Source: Octopus sinensis (lineage: Eukaryota). Taken from it: DNA of 64,000 nt. The stretch is from NCBI RefSeq assembly GCF_006345805.1, contig NC_043017.1, forward strand, positions 7,316,001-7,380,000, given 5' to 3'. The notes under the pieces were generated by a model. That model made no database searches, was not told the origin of the DNA, and saw only the letters and a list, made by a program, of their open reading frames with translations. Position numbers and translations under genes: made by a program. Below are positions 1 to 12,164 of this stretch, in pieces (position 1 is the stretch's first letter; each line of letters opens with the position of its first letter).

Positions 1-371
1 GCTAAGCATTTTGCCCTGCATGCTAATGATTCTGCCAGCTCACCACCTTAACTACTACTACTACTGTGAGTTGAAGATTATTAGACATATATGATTATAT
101 TACACTGGGGTTGATGGTATATGTACCAGCAATAAACTGGGATTGATGTTCCATTAGTTATACCCACTCCCTTGTAAAAGTTGAATGTGTACAGAAATGT
201 TTAATTTGGCAGACTTTCAAATCAATTATTACTAATTCTTTGAACAATCATTTACTCTGTGTGTGTGTGTATACATTACATGCATGTATATACATCTATA
301 CATGCATGGACACATGTAAATACATGCACTCACACACATGAATATAACACACACACACACACACATATATG

Positions 372-423
<52 letters not shown>

Positions 424-433
424 TGAGTATAAT

Positions 434-680
434 ATCATCATCATCATCGTTTAACGTCCGCTTTCCGCGCTAGCACGGGTTGGACGGTTCGACCGGGTCT
501 GGGAAGCCAGGGCCGCTCCAGGCTCCAGTCTGAATCTGGCAGAGTTTCTACGGCTGGATGCCCTTCCTAACGCCAACCACTCCGTGAGTGGATTGGGTGC
601 TTTTTACGTTCCACCTGCACAGGGCCGGAGGGTCCGGCATCGGTCACGATCGGTTCGAGCATTTTAACGTGTCAGCGGCA
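434..680 (-). mobile_element. SINE-like family C copy with (GAT)n tail
   Basis: Shares the block atcatcgtttaacgtccgc...gggttggacgg...ctggatgcccttcctaacgccaaccactcc with >10 other copies in the window. Confidence 0.85.
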
Positions 681-697
681 CGGGGGCAACGAGGTCC

Positions 698-758
698 GGG
701 GTACTTTGGGGATCGGGTACTTTGGGGATCCAGGGTACTTTGGGGATCCGGGGTACTT
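698..758. repeat. Short tandem repeat, ~3.5 x GGGTACTTTGGGGATC(C)
   Basis: Direct repeats visible in the sequence. Confidence 0.85.
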
Positions 759-769
759 AGAATGGGTAG

Positions 770-1163
770 GGGGTATGTGGAATTGCTGCAGAAAGCAGCC
801 CGGGTCTTTGTAGTCACAGCATATCTCCAGAGATCTCGGTCCTTCGCCATTGCCTCAGTGAGGCTCAATGCTCTGAGGTCATGCTTGACCACCTCATCCA
901 TGTCTTCCTGGGTCTACCTCTCCCCCTGATACCTTCAACTGTTTGGGAGTGGCACACCATCTCTCTCATCCATCCGCAGCACATGACCATACCATCGCAA
1001 GCGTCGCTCTTGCACACCACATCTGATGCTTCTTATATCCAGCATTTCTCTCAGGATGCTTACACTCTGTCTTGCGTGCACACTGACACTACACATCCAG
1101 CGGATCATGCTAGCTTCATTTCTTTCAAGTCTACGCATGTCTTCTGCAGTCACAGCCCAAGTG
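770..1163 (-). mobile_element. RTE-clade LINE 3' fragment (C-terminal end of RT ORF)
   Basis: Translates to WAVTAEDMRRLERNEASMIRWMC...ERRLRWYGHVLRMDE, then DEVVKHDL...AKDRDLWRYAV, typical of RTE ORF ends; frameshifted and truncated. Confidence 0.9.
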
Positions 1164-1369
1164 TATATTAATGTCTGTGATGTCTGTGTATGATGTTTAT
1201 ATATGTGTGTGTGTGTATGTGTGTATGCATGCATCTATGTATGTGTGAGTTTGTATATGCCAGCATGGACAATGAACGCTAAATGATGATATATATATCT
1301 ACATACATACATATATATAATATAATATATGTATTTCTCTTCTGCTGAATTTGCCCCTCCCATCCCACC

Positions 1370-1620
1370 AAAGTTGACCAGTACTCTAATTACTCCGTCG
1401 GTCAGTGTTTTGTATCGCAACACCACCGTTGCTGTTGGTGCACTGCACTGAGTCACCGTGCAAAGACTCCCAACTCTACCCATCTTAGTGCACCTGGCTT
1501 TTTAATTGATACCTTCAGTTAGATGTAATTATCAGGTGTAGAATTTGGTGGGGCACTGTTTAACAAGTGCTTCTTGGCCTGAGCTGAAATCCTCCCATGG
1601 CCCACGCCGGAAATGAAATA
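1370..1620 (-). mobile_element. Possible Deu/Nin-domain SINE relic
   Basis: 1451-1512 (-) reads aattaaaaagccaggtgcacta...gtagagttgggagtctttgcacggtgact, resembling the Deu/Nin core (taaaagatcccatggcacta...agagcaggggagttctccccggtgtcct) as I recall it; by-eye match only. Confidence 0.35.
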
Positions 1621-1906
1621 GACACTACCTGTGTTCGCTGCCTTCGACTCTTCTTCTGCTTTCTCTTCCTCCTCCCATTTCTTGTGCTTCTTCTCCTCCT
1701 CCTTCTTCCTCTGTCTCTCCACCACTACATCCTTCTCCTCCTACTTCCCCTCCATTTTTTGTAATTCTTCTTCATCTAATTATCATTGTATCTTACTTAT
1801 TAAAACATTTAAGCGTATATAAAAATACCATTATTATTATTTACAAGATTGTAAAATACGGCACCGTATAATAAAGCAATTCGCTCCGAAAGCATATATA
1901 TATATA

Positions 1907-2290
1907 CTCTTTTTACTCTTTTACTCTTTTACTTGTTTCAGTCATTTGACTGCGGCCATGCTGGAGCACCACCTTTAGTCGAGCACTAAAGCCCAGTACT
2001 TATTCTATCGGTCTCTTTTGCCGAACCGCTAAGTGACGGGGACGTAAACACACCAGCATCAGTTGTCAAGCAATGCTAGGGGGACAAACACAGACACACA
2101 AACATATACACACACATACATATATATATATACATATATACGACGGGCTTCTTTCAGTTTCCGTCTACCAAATCCACTCACAAGGCTTTGGTCAGCCAAG
2201 GCAATAGTAGAAGACACTTGCCCAAGATGCCGCGCAGTGGGACTGAACCCAGAACCATGTGGTTGGTATGCAAGCTACTTACCACACAGC

Positions 2291-2294
<4 letters not shown>
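1907..2294 (-). mobile_element. SINE family A (tRNA-like head, internal TA microsatellite, GAGTAAAA tail)
   Basis: Near-full match to the other family A copies in the window. Confidence 0.9.
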
Positions 2295-2321
<27 letters not shown>

Positions 2322-2344
2322 CTTATTATAACCTCAATAATAGT

Positions 2345-2469
2345 AGAGAAACTTTCAAAATACAAAGACCTGGGAATAGAGGTAACTCGAATGTGGAATC
2401 TATGATAGTAATTGTTTCTGTTTTTAGATTCCACATTCAAGTTACCTCTATTTCCAGGTCTTTGTATTT
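2345..2469. mobile_element. R4/Dong-type (REL endonuclease) retrotransposon fragment present as an inverted duplication
   Basis: + strand EKLSKYKDLGIEVTRMWNL; - strand KYKDLEIEVT*MWNLKTETITII; 45-bp arms at 2358-2402 and 2425-2469. Confidence 0.7.
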
Positions 2470-3004
2470 CTTCTTCTTCTTCTTCTTCTTCTTTCTTCTT
2501 CTTCTTCTTCTTCTTCTTCTTCTTCTTCCTTCTTCTTCTCATTATTATTATTATTATTGATGTAGCGATCTGGCAGAATTGAAAGCATGTCAGACAAAAC
2601 ACTTCATCTTTACATTCCAAGTTCAAACTCTGTTGAAATCAACATTTTCCTTTCATCTTTTTGGAGTCGATGAAATAAGCACCAGTTGAGCAGTGGGGTT
2701 GATGTTAAAATATTTCAGCCCTTATGCCTATAATGGAGTTTTGATGGGGATGATGATGATCATCATCATCCGACATACAGAAAGCAGAATTAGTTATGTA
2801 ACAGTCCCTTGAGCATCAAAGGGGATCATGTTCTGATTTCAAATGTAAACCATCACCATTTCCTCTCCACTGGATTTGTAAGGTTTTTAATGCCTGTTAA
2901 GCAATCATTATCATCAAAGAAAAAGATTTATGTTCTGAGTTATAAAATCTCACTGTGGACCTTTTAAGGTTTTCACCCCATCAAGATAATAATATTATAT
3001 AGCA

Positions 3005-3462
3005 GTAAGGTGGCAAACTGGTAAAATCATTATTGCACCGGGCAAAATGCTTCATGGTATTTTGTGTGTCTTTATGTTCTGAGTTCAAATTCCGCTGAGG
3101 TTGACTTTGCCTTTCGTCCTTTTGTGGGGTTGGTAAAATAAATATTACTTGGGCACTGGGGCTGATATTATTGATTTACACCCCGCCAATCTTGCTGGCC
3201 TTGTGCCAAAATTTTGTAAACAGTATTTATAATAATGGTAAGGCGGTGAGCTTGGCAGAATTGCTAGCATGCCAAGCAAAATGCTTAGCAGCATTTTGTC
3301 CATCTTTGTGAGTTCAAATTCCACCGAGGTCAAATTTACTTTTCGTCATTTCGGGGTCGATAAAATAAATGTCAGTTGGGCACTGGGGTCAATGTCATTG
3401 ACTTATCCCCTCCCTACAATCTTGCTGGCCTTGTGCTGAAATATGAAACCAATATTACACAG
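3005..3462 (+). mobile_element. Two adjacent diverged SINE family B copies
   Basis: gagttcaaattccgc/accgagg...ttgactttgcctttc...ggggtcgataaaata motif occurs twice. Confidence 0.8.
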
Positions 3463-3693
3463 CAGTATTAATATCCTTACTACACTGTACTGATGTTGGT
3501 AATGTACTGTAATAATATCTGTACTGCATATACTTGGGTCTTTGCTACACTGTACACACAGCTATTTTGCACTGTTCTGATATTTGTACTGCTCTGCCTA
3601 GCCTTTGTACTACATTATACTGTTAAATTGGTATCAGTACTGTACTAGCATCTGTACAGCATTGTAGAACTCTGTACTTCACTGTCCTTTGTA

Positions 3694-3973
3694 CTGACAT
3701 CTGTATTACTCTGTCTGACATCTGTATTACACTGTCTAGCATCTGTATTACACTGTCTGACATCTGTATTACACTGTCTGACATCTGTGTTACACTGTCT
3801 GACATCTGTATTACACTGTCTGACATCTGTATTACACTGTCTGACATCTGTGTTACACTGTCTGTCATCTGTATTACACTGTCTGACGTCTGTATTACAC
3901 TGTCTGACGTCTGTATTACACTGTCTGACGTCTGTATTACACTGTCTGACGTCTGTATTACACTGTCTGACAT
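3694..3973. repeat. 21-bp minisatellite (~13 copies) inside a degenerate field at 3480-4480
   Basis: Unit CTGACATCTGTATTACACTGT; explains the SDSVIQM and LHCLTSV repeat ORFs. Confidence 0.95.
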
Positions 3974-4663
3974 GTATATTACGCTGTCTGACCTTCGTAC
4001 TACATTGTATGAACTTTGTACTGCATTATACTGGAATCTTTAATGACATCTATGCAGCAATGTAGGCATCTTGACTGCACTGTCTAACTTTCGTGTTGTA
4101 CTACTCTGGCAGCTGTACGTTGCTGTCTGACCTCCACACAACATTGTGTGACCTTTGTTCTGCATTGTCTTGGAATCTTTTCCTATACAACTATGTTGAT
4201 ATCCTCGCTGCACTGTCTGACTTTCATGTAGCACTACACTGGGAATTGCACCTCACCGTCCGACCTCTGTATTGCACTGTCTGATCTTTGCACTGCACTG
4301 TCTGACGTTTCTATTGCACTATTCTGGTGTCTATACTGACATCTGTAGAACACCATAGATACTTCTGCTGCACTATACTGGTATCTGTGCTGCACTGGCA
4401 TCTGTACCTCATGGCCTGAACATTCTTCTGCACTCTGCTGACTTTTGTAATGTACTCAGCTGACCTTTGTACTGCAATTACTGATCAGATTTCATTTCAA
4501 TCCTATATAATCTGTTACTAGTGTAATCATATATATTATGTATATATTGTGTGTATGTGTTTGTATGCTAATGCATATTTATACATGTATGTATATGTGT
4601 TTGTATATGTGTGTGTGTGTGTTTGTATGCTAATGCATATTTATACATGTATGTATATGTGTT

Positions 4664-4696
<33 letters not shown>

Positions 4697-4809
4697 TGGC
4701 TTGTTCGCCTAGCCAGCGGGGTGGCATCATTTGAAAGCTAAAACGAGGCAAAATGCATTGTGACCAGTGATGTATAACAACATCTGATACTCTGGTTGAT
4801 CTCATCATG

Positions 4810-4861
<52 letters not shown>

Positions 4862-5384
4862 TACATTTTTAATTGCTGCGTTTGAAGCTGGGATTTTTAA
4901 CTTCTTTCTCAAGAACAAGTACACCCAGTTACCACAAGGCTGTAGAAATCATTGTTTTAAGAGTCAACAGTAATGGCAGAATGGTTGATGGTAGGCATTG
5001 CTGAGTTCAGTTTTTCCATTTGGTAAACTTACATGCAATAGACCGGAGTTCTATTGAAGAGGAAGGCAGATATTTGTCTCTCCTCTCTTTAACACTATAG
5101 GAACTGCAGAGTAGCACGCTTCCTGATTCCTTGTAATTTGTGTGTGATTAAAACCAGTGTTTTAATAAATCAGATTGAAATAAATACCAGAACCAATTTG
5201 ATTAACTAAAATCCCTTGAAAGTGCTGCCCATTATGGTTATATTCTTGTGATTGAAACCAGTGAAAGAATAACTATATGTGTATATCATCATCATATATA
5301 AAATGCACACACATATACACATACATTTACGTACATATGTGTGTGTATGTATGTATCTATCTATCTATCTATCTATCTATATAT

Positions 5385-5426
<42 letters not shown>

Positions 5427-5521
5427 TACACATACATATATGTATCATCATCATCATCATTTAATGTGCATCTTCCATGCTAGCATGGGTTGGAGAGTTT
5501 GACAGAAGCTGATGATGATAT

Positions 5522-5864
5522 GTGGCTCTGTGGTAAGAAGCTTGCCAACCACATGGTTCCAGGTTCAGTCCCACTGTGTGGTACCTCGGGTAGGTGTCTT
5601 CTACCTTAGCCTCAGGCTGACCAAAGCCTTGTGAGTGGATTTGGTAGACGAAAACTGAAAGAAGCCCATTGAATATATATATATATATATATATATTTGT
5701 GTGTCTGTGTTTATGTCCCCATAACTTAATGGTTCGGCAAAAGTGACTGACAGAATAAGTACTAGGCTTACAAAGAATAAGTCCTGGGGTCAAGTTGTTC
5801 AATTAAAGGTGGTGCTCCAGCATGGCCAAAATCAAATGACTGAAACAAGTAAAAGAATAAAAGA
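5522..5864 (+). mobile_element. SINE family A
   Basis: Head tgtggtaagaagcttgcc...ggttcagtccc, tail gaaacaagtaaaagaataaaag. Confidence 0.85.
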
Positions 5865-5884
5865 ATATATATATATATATATCC

Positions 5885-6140
5885 TTGTCATTTAACCTTC
5901 ACTTTCCTAGCTGGCATGGGTTGGACTGTTTGACTGAGGACTGGTAAGGCAGAAGGCTGTACCAGGCTCCAATCTGATCTGGCAAGATTTCTACAGCTAG
6001 ATGTCCTTCCTAACCTCAACCACTCTGCAAAGTGTAGTGGGGTCCTTTTGCATGCCACTCAGTCAGGCAGTACTGGCATCGACCATACTTGAATGGTGCT
6101 TTTTACATGCCACCGGCATGTGAGCCTCTCAGGTGGCACT
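5885..6140 (-). mobile_element. SINE-like family C
   Basis: gcatgggttggactg...ccttcctaacctcaaccactc block. Confidence 0.75.
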
Positions 6141-6167
6141 GGCAAAAAAAAAAAAGAAAATAGTCCA

Positions 6168-6242
6168 TGTTCCAGGGTGGGCTCGAACCACCGAACTTTT
6201 GGTTAACAGCCGAACGTGCTAACTGATTGCGCCACATGAGAG
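6168..6242 (-). pseudogene. tRNA-Asn (GTT) pseudogene
   Basis: Minus strand CTCTCATGTGGCGCAATCAGTTAGCACGTTCGGCTGTTAACCAAAAGTTCGGTGGTTCGAGCCCACCCTGGAACA closely matches eukaryotic tRNA-Asn. Anticodon loop CTGTTAA and T-arm are intact and a T-run follows; acceptor, D and anticodon stems are broken, mostly by CG>CA changes. Confidence 0.85.
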
Positions 6243-7265
6243 AGAGAGAGGTTTTATAGATAACAAGCATGAGCCTGCTATTTAGGCATGTATTCATGCT
6301 TTGCTATAAGTGCATATATGCATGTACTTGCTGCCTCTGCTGCCGCCGCTGCTTCCATCACCACCACCACCACTACTACTACAACTACTACTACTACTGC
6401 TACTATTTACAAGTACTACTTGCTACCTCTTATGCATAACGGTGATAATGATGTTGTTATCAAGATGCACTTTAAACCATTCCATAGCAGTCTGTTGTGT
6501 TCCATATGTAATATTTATCTCACTACTGGATTATTCCAAGTCTGATAATCTTAATTGAAGATTTAATTTCATTTTATTACTTGCTTTAAAAGTTTAAAAA
6601 AAAAATTAATGAGTCTATTCTAATTTCCACTCAAATGAAGAACCTTTTATTTATTTATTTATTTATTTTTTTTTTTTTTAATTCTCGAAGTACTTTTGGC
6701 AAGTGCAAAGCAATTATTCTAATTAGCTATTAGGGCGGGCACTAACCCCTCCTTGATTTCCCTTCCAGAGCCCCTTCTTTAGATCCTATGACTCTATAAA
6801 GGTACATCATATATCTAACATTAGTGTTATGTAACCATAGTTAGACCTTAGGCAAGACACACTACTCTATATCATCAGTGGTTAGGGTTAGGGTTAGCTT
6901 CTCTAACCACTAGACCATGTGCCTCCACACCTCTTCTCTACCATCCTTAAATCTCCTGTGGCCAGCAAAAAAGTTGATCCATAAGCTATCTGGAACAGTT
7001 TATTAGTTTCTAGAGTGTCTTTGCCTAGTTTACCTCAAAACTTTATTACACAGTGTGCTTTCAAATGTGCTGACTGCATTCTGCAAACCAGTCGGCTGGA
7101 ACAAGCAGTGTTTAATAGGGTGTGTTCAAGTCTGGAATAACAAAAATTGGTAGGTCAGCTTATTAGACAGACGTGTATTAATGATATGCAAAAATTACAA
7201 CAATCTAGGACGGTTATAACTGCTGCTCCTAAAAGTCTCAAAACTTCTCGAATGCACCACATATA

Positions 7266-7683
7266 TGAGGAGATGCTGGAAAGTTCCTGGCTTTGGGTAA
7301 AAGAAAATACAGGAGAATCAGTTGATTATGATTCACACACTTATTGCAATGGTCCTTTGGTTTTGGTGGCAGAAACGTTAGCACACCGGGCGAAATGCCT
7401 AGCGGTATTTCATCTGCTTCTATGTTCTGAGTTCAAATTCCACCGAGGTTGACTTTGCCTTTCATCCTTTCGGGGTCGATTAAATAAGCACCAGTTACGC
7501 ACTGGGGTTGATATAATCGACTTAATCTGTTTGTCTGTCCTTGTTTGTCCTCTCTGTGTTTAGCCCCTTGTGGGTAGTAAAGAAATAGGTTTTGGTAAGC
7601 CCTGTAAAAGAACTCAGACGTTTGGGCCTCCTACCAGGCTTTCACAATGCCCTTAAAGCCAGGAGCTTTTCAATACCCCCTCA
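7266..7683 (+). mobile_element. Mariner-type MITE interrupted by a SINE B (7368-7587, TSD GGTTTTGGT)
   Basis: TIRs tgaggagatgctggaaagttcctggcttt / aaagccaggagcttttcaataccccctca; homologous to 50137-50802. Confidence 0.8.
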
Positions 7684-7794
7684 TGTACATATGCACGCAC
7701 AGACACACACACACGATGGGATGTTTCTGACTTTGAGTAAAAAAAAAAATTCAGGAGGATCAGTTAATTATGATTTTATTCAACAATAAACAAA

Positions 7795-7960
7795 ATAGCT
7801 GGGAGACGGCTGCAGTGTGTTGGCCACTGTCTTAGACAACCAGAGTTGCCAGCAACCAGCCAACTCATCATCTGGCAAAAACTAACTTAGGGATTAATGG
7901 TAAACTCTGAGTATCTTTCTGAAACCATGGTCAAGACCCTGATGAAGGACAGTGGTGCCT
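7795..7960 (+). mobile_element. RTE-type LINE 3' fragment (second family)
   Basis: Translates AGRRLQCVGHCLRQPELPATSQLIIW...TMVKTLMKDSG, matching the RRLxxAGHCxR...LILW...TLxxDTG pattern of RTE C-termini. Confidence 0.65.
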
Positions 7961-8018
7961 TGGCTGATGATTGAACCCAGGACGCTTAGGATGTAACTGA
8001 TATCATTATCTTTCATCA

Positions 8019-8380
8019 TTGACTTGTTTCAGTCATTGGACTGCAGCCATGCTGAAGGGTTTATTTGAACCTAAAGGCCTTGAAGGGTTTATTTGAACAG
8101 ATCAAGCCTATTTTATTTGAAAGTCTAGTACTTATTCAATTGGTTACTTTTGCCAAACTGCTAAGTTATGGGGTTGTAAACAAACCAACAGCAGGTGTTT
8201 GGTTGGGGAGGGAAACAAACACAAGCACAAAGACACACACACACACACACACATACACACACACACACACACACACCACACACACACACACACGCACACA
8301 AGTATACATTTTTGCCCAACTCTTATCAGAGTCCAGCCCATCCAGTATGAAATATGGATGTTAAATGATGATGATGGTAC

Positions 8381-8424
<44 letters not shown>

Positions 8425-8588
8425 CTACACAGTTTTTGTCTACCAAATTCATTCACAAGGCATTGGTCAGTCGGGGGCTATAGTAGAAGACACTTGCCCA
8501 CTTGGTCAGGGTAACATGCAGTGGGACTGAACCCTAAAACCATGTGGTTACAAAGCAGTCTTCTTAGCCACACAGCCATGCCTGTGGC
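8019..8588 (-). mobile_element. Diverged SINE family A with expanded (CA)n spacer
   Basis: Tail and head motifs of family A at both ends. Confidence 0.7.
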
Positions 8589-9044
8589 ATATCTGTCATC
8601 ATTCTCAGTACAAGTGAATGTAATTGACAGACGATAATGAGGAGGTGGTCTTCGGCCATGGCAGACAACTTCGTTTTGCTCATTAAAAATATGCTGAATG
8701 ATATTTGCAGGAACACTAAATATAGGATTCTGAAATCTATTAATAAGAATAAATGTTGGATCTAATGTTATGTTTGCAACTGTTGCCAAACATGGCATCT
8801 GCTAGATCTATTTGGATAACAAGATAACTATCTTTACACAGACACACAGACACACAGACTCATATGCACACGACAATATCAAAATCTAGTTACACTTGAG
8901 AAGATAATAATAATAATAATAATAATAATAGTAATAATAGTAGTAATAGTTGTAGTAGTTGTAGGATTATAATTCTTGTTAATTTTTAACACATGGCCAA
9001 CAGTGTTGAGGGGTTGGACGATTCTATTACGTTGATCCCAGTAC

Positions 9045-9528
9045 TTGACTACCCCTGGGATTTTATCAACACCAAAAATATTGAAAAATAAACTTGCTCC
9101 TGGCAGGATTTGATCTTGGAACTTAAAGCCTGAAGAATAGCTCAACATGCTAATGATTCTTTCTAAATTTGGCACAAGCTGAGCAATTTTGAGGGGTGGG
9201 AGTATTTCAATTACATCGACCCCAGTCCCTGACTGGTACTTCTTTGTCAACTCTGAAAGGATGAAAGGCAAAGATGGCTTTGCAGCATTTGAACTCAGAA
9301 CAACAACAACAACAACAATAATAATCCTTTCTGCTTTAGGTACAAGGCCTGAAATTTTGGGATAGGAGACTAGGTGATTACATTGACCCCAGTGTTTCTC
9401 TGGTACTTAATTTATTGACCCTGAAGGGATGAAAGGCAAAGTCGACCTTGGCGGAATTTGAGCCCAGAACATAAAGAAGGACGAAGCGCTACTGAACATT
9501 TTGCCCAGCATGCCAACTTGCCGCCTTA

Positions 9529-9530
<2 letters not shown>
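9045..9530 (-). mobile_element. Cluster of SINE family B copies followed by (AAT)n
   Basis: gatgaaaggcaaagtcgacc...ggcggaatttgagc motif repeated. Confidence 0.75.
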
Positions 9531-9561
<31 letters not shown>

Positions 9562-10254
9562 TAATAATAATAATAATAATAATCCTTTCTTTAATAATAA
9601 TAATAATAAAAATTCTAATTTTTAGGTGAGGTGGTAAGTTGATTACAGTGACCTCAGTATTTGACTGGTAAAAAGATAGTTATACTCATAATATTCTATG
9701 CAAGATATTGCTGTACTGCTTTATTTATTATTATTATTATTGATATTATTATTATTGTTTTTATGGTTTGGATCAGTAACAACAAATGATCGGCAGAATG
9801 GCAACAATTTCTATGTTGTATAGAAATACTGTAGTAAGTTAAAAACAACATGTTGTGACGCTATTCAGAGCTGACTAATGAGGAACCAGCATTACCATAA
9901 TGTTAACCATATTATCTCGGCACCAGCACCAATATACTGTGTGTGCAACATGAACCAAACTTCTACACAACGGACTGGTATATTAGCTTCTGATGAGGTG
10001 AGGTGGGGAGGAAAGTAGGGGATCTTAGACCTCCTCTTTGCTGTGGAAACTGGATGAATGTGATCACTATTTTTTAAGACAACACTATTTGTTCAAATAA
10101 GTTTACTCTACTTTTTGACTTGGTTTTGGTAACGGAGAGAAAAAAACGCAGAATAAAAAGTAAAAAAAAAAACAGTCTTGCAATCACCTGATTAGACATA
10201 GTTGTGATTTTTTTCTCTCTTTAATATGAAGACAACAACATGAATGTTAAAGAG

Positions 10255-11240
10255 TGAAACCTTAGACAACATGCATCATTCGGCTCTCTATAAATACATC
10301 AACGTATTTTATACCATTTCTATTTTGATAACTAATCCTTAGACAAGACACACCACTCTCTTTTTATAAATACATCAACATACCTTATATCATTTACTGT
10401 TATAACTAAAGGTTTAAACCTTAGACAAGACACATTACTTTACTATCTATGAATACATGAACATATCTAATACCATTACTGATATGATAACTAAACCTTA
10501 ATCAAGACACACAACTCTAATATTTATAAATACCTCAACATATCCGATATTGTAAATGTTACAGAAAGTAAAGGGTTAAGTTTAGACAAGACACGCCACT
10601 CTATATTAATACAACATATCTAACCATTGATGCTAGAACTAAACCTGAGACAAGACACACCACTCTATTTTATATAAATACATCAAGTAGTTGTGATACC
10701 TGTGCCACATACCGGTGGCACATAAAAAGCACCATCCGAACGTGGCCGATGCCAGCGCCGCCTCGACTGGCTTCTGTGCCGGTGGCACATAAAAAGCACC
10801 ATCCGAACGTGGCCGATGCCAGCGCCACCTTGACTGGCTTCCATGCCAGTGGCACGTTAAAAGCACCCACCGATCGTGGCCACTGCCAGACTCCCCTGGC
10901 ACCTGTGCCGGTGGCACATAAAAAGCACCCACTACACTCGCGGAGTGGTTGGCGTTAGGAAGGGCATCCAGCTGTAGAAACACTGCTAGATCAGACTGGA
11001 GCCTGGTGCAACCCCTGGCTTCCCAGACCCCGGTCGAACCGTCCAACCCATGCTAGCATGGAAAACGGACATTAAACGATGATGATGATGATGATCAATG
11101 TATCTGACACCATAATTGCCATAGTAACTAAAGAGTTAATTTTAGACAAGACACACTATATTTTAGTACAATATATCTAACCATTGACGTTATAACTAAA
11201 CCTAGACAAGACACATCACTCTTGTTAGTACATTAACATA
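10255..11240. repeat. Degenerate 60-82 bp tandem repeat (anchor cttagacaagacacaccactct) split by a SINE C
   Basis: At least 8 anchors (about 10261, 10339, 10419, 10501, 10583, 10649, 11143, 11204). Confidence 0.8.
10687..11093 (+). mobile_element. SINE-like family C with internal tandem units; TSD ATCAA
   Basis: ATCAA at 10682-10686 and 11094-11098; (GAT)n tail. Confidence 0.9.
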
Positions 11241-12164
11241 TATAAACCCCCAAAATGTTACAATACAAGAGCCATTTTCTGCTAAAGGGTTATATGAAGC
11301 AGTAGTTCTATTGTTTAGTTTATCTAAGCATCACACTGAATTTAAATGGATGTTGTACAATGGAAACTGAGATTAAAGCTCAGCTAATCCATTATCCAGT
11401 TTTGATTCCTAATTGTGGATTTTTTTCTCTCTGTTTAAATCACAAATGCCTCTAGGGAAGATAGAAAAGTTCCTGTCTTCGTCTTTCTGGAAAGGTTTAC
11501 AAAATTCATGCTTTGCTTAGACAAAAATCAATTGGAAACCATTCCAGTTGAATTCCCCGAGGCTTACCAATTACTAGAAATTCTGGTTTGCTGCTGTGAC
11601 GAGCCGTAGCAGACTAGATTTGGAAATGGATGTGATTAAAAAGAAGAAAATGTGATGGTGACTTGATAAAGTAGTAAATAGGATTTGGAGAAAAAAATAA
11701 TTAGGTTGAGTTCTTAGAATGATTCTATTTTAGCTGATGGTAAAGCTGTATGGTGCAACAAAAGCTATTAAACGGTGAATACAACTGGAATACATTGGTT
11801 CTAAGAGGTTGTCGAACCAATGTGGTTTTACAAGGTTGTTTCACTGCCACATGGTCCTGTGTGTAACATCTTAGGCAAGTGTCTTGTACCACGGCTTCTA
11901 TTTGATCATTGTTTCCTTGTGACAGAAACTGTGTGGAAGCCTGTGGTATGTGTGTGTGTGTGAACAGATAATATAATGTAATAAAGTGTTACCCTGAAGA
12001 ACTATTGTGAATGTGCATCCAACTTCACTATGGATACACATAACAGAAGATGTAAATAGTTGCCACAATGGCAAAACAGGCATAGTGAACAGATGATATA
12101 AGCCACAAGTTGTATTTATCATATTTTGGTCTGTGTGTGTGTATGTGTGTGTTTGAAAATGTGT

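Noticed and set aside
3623-4065. Repetitive ORFs (SDSVIQM)n and (LHCLTSV)n
   Set aside because: Translation of a stop-free 21-bp minisatellite on both strands
7915-7960. GAAACCATGGTC...CTGATGA suggesting a type II hammerhead
   Set aside because: Only 6 nt between the cleavage site and the core, so no stem I; the sequence is explained as RTE coding (TMVKTLMKDSG)
10255-11240. Regularly spaced conserved anchors as a CRISPR-like array
   Set aside because: Eukaryotic context, intervening sequences are homologous to each other, and there are no cas genes
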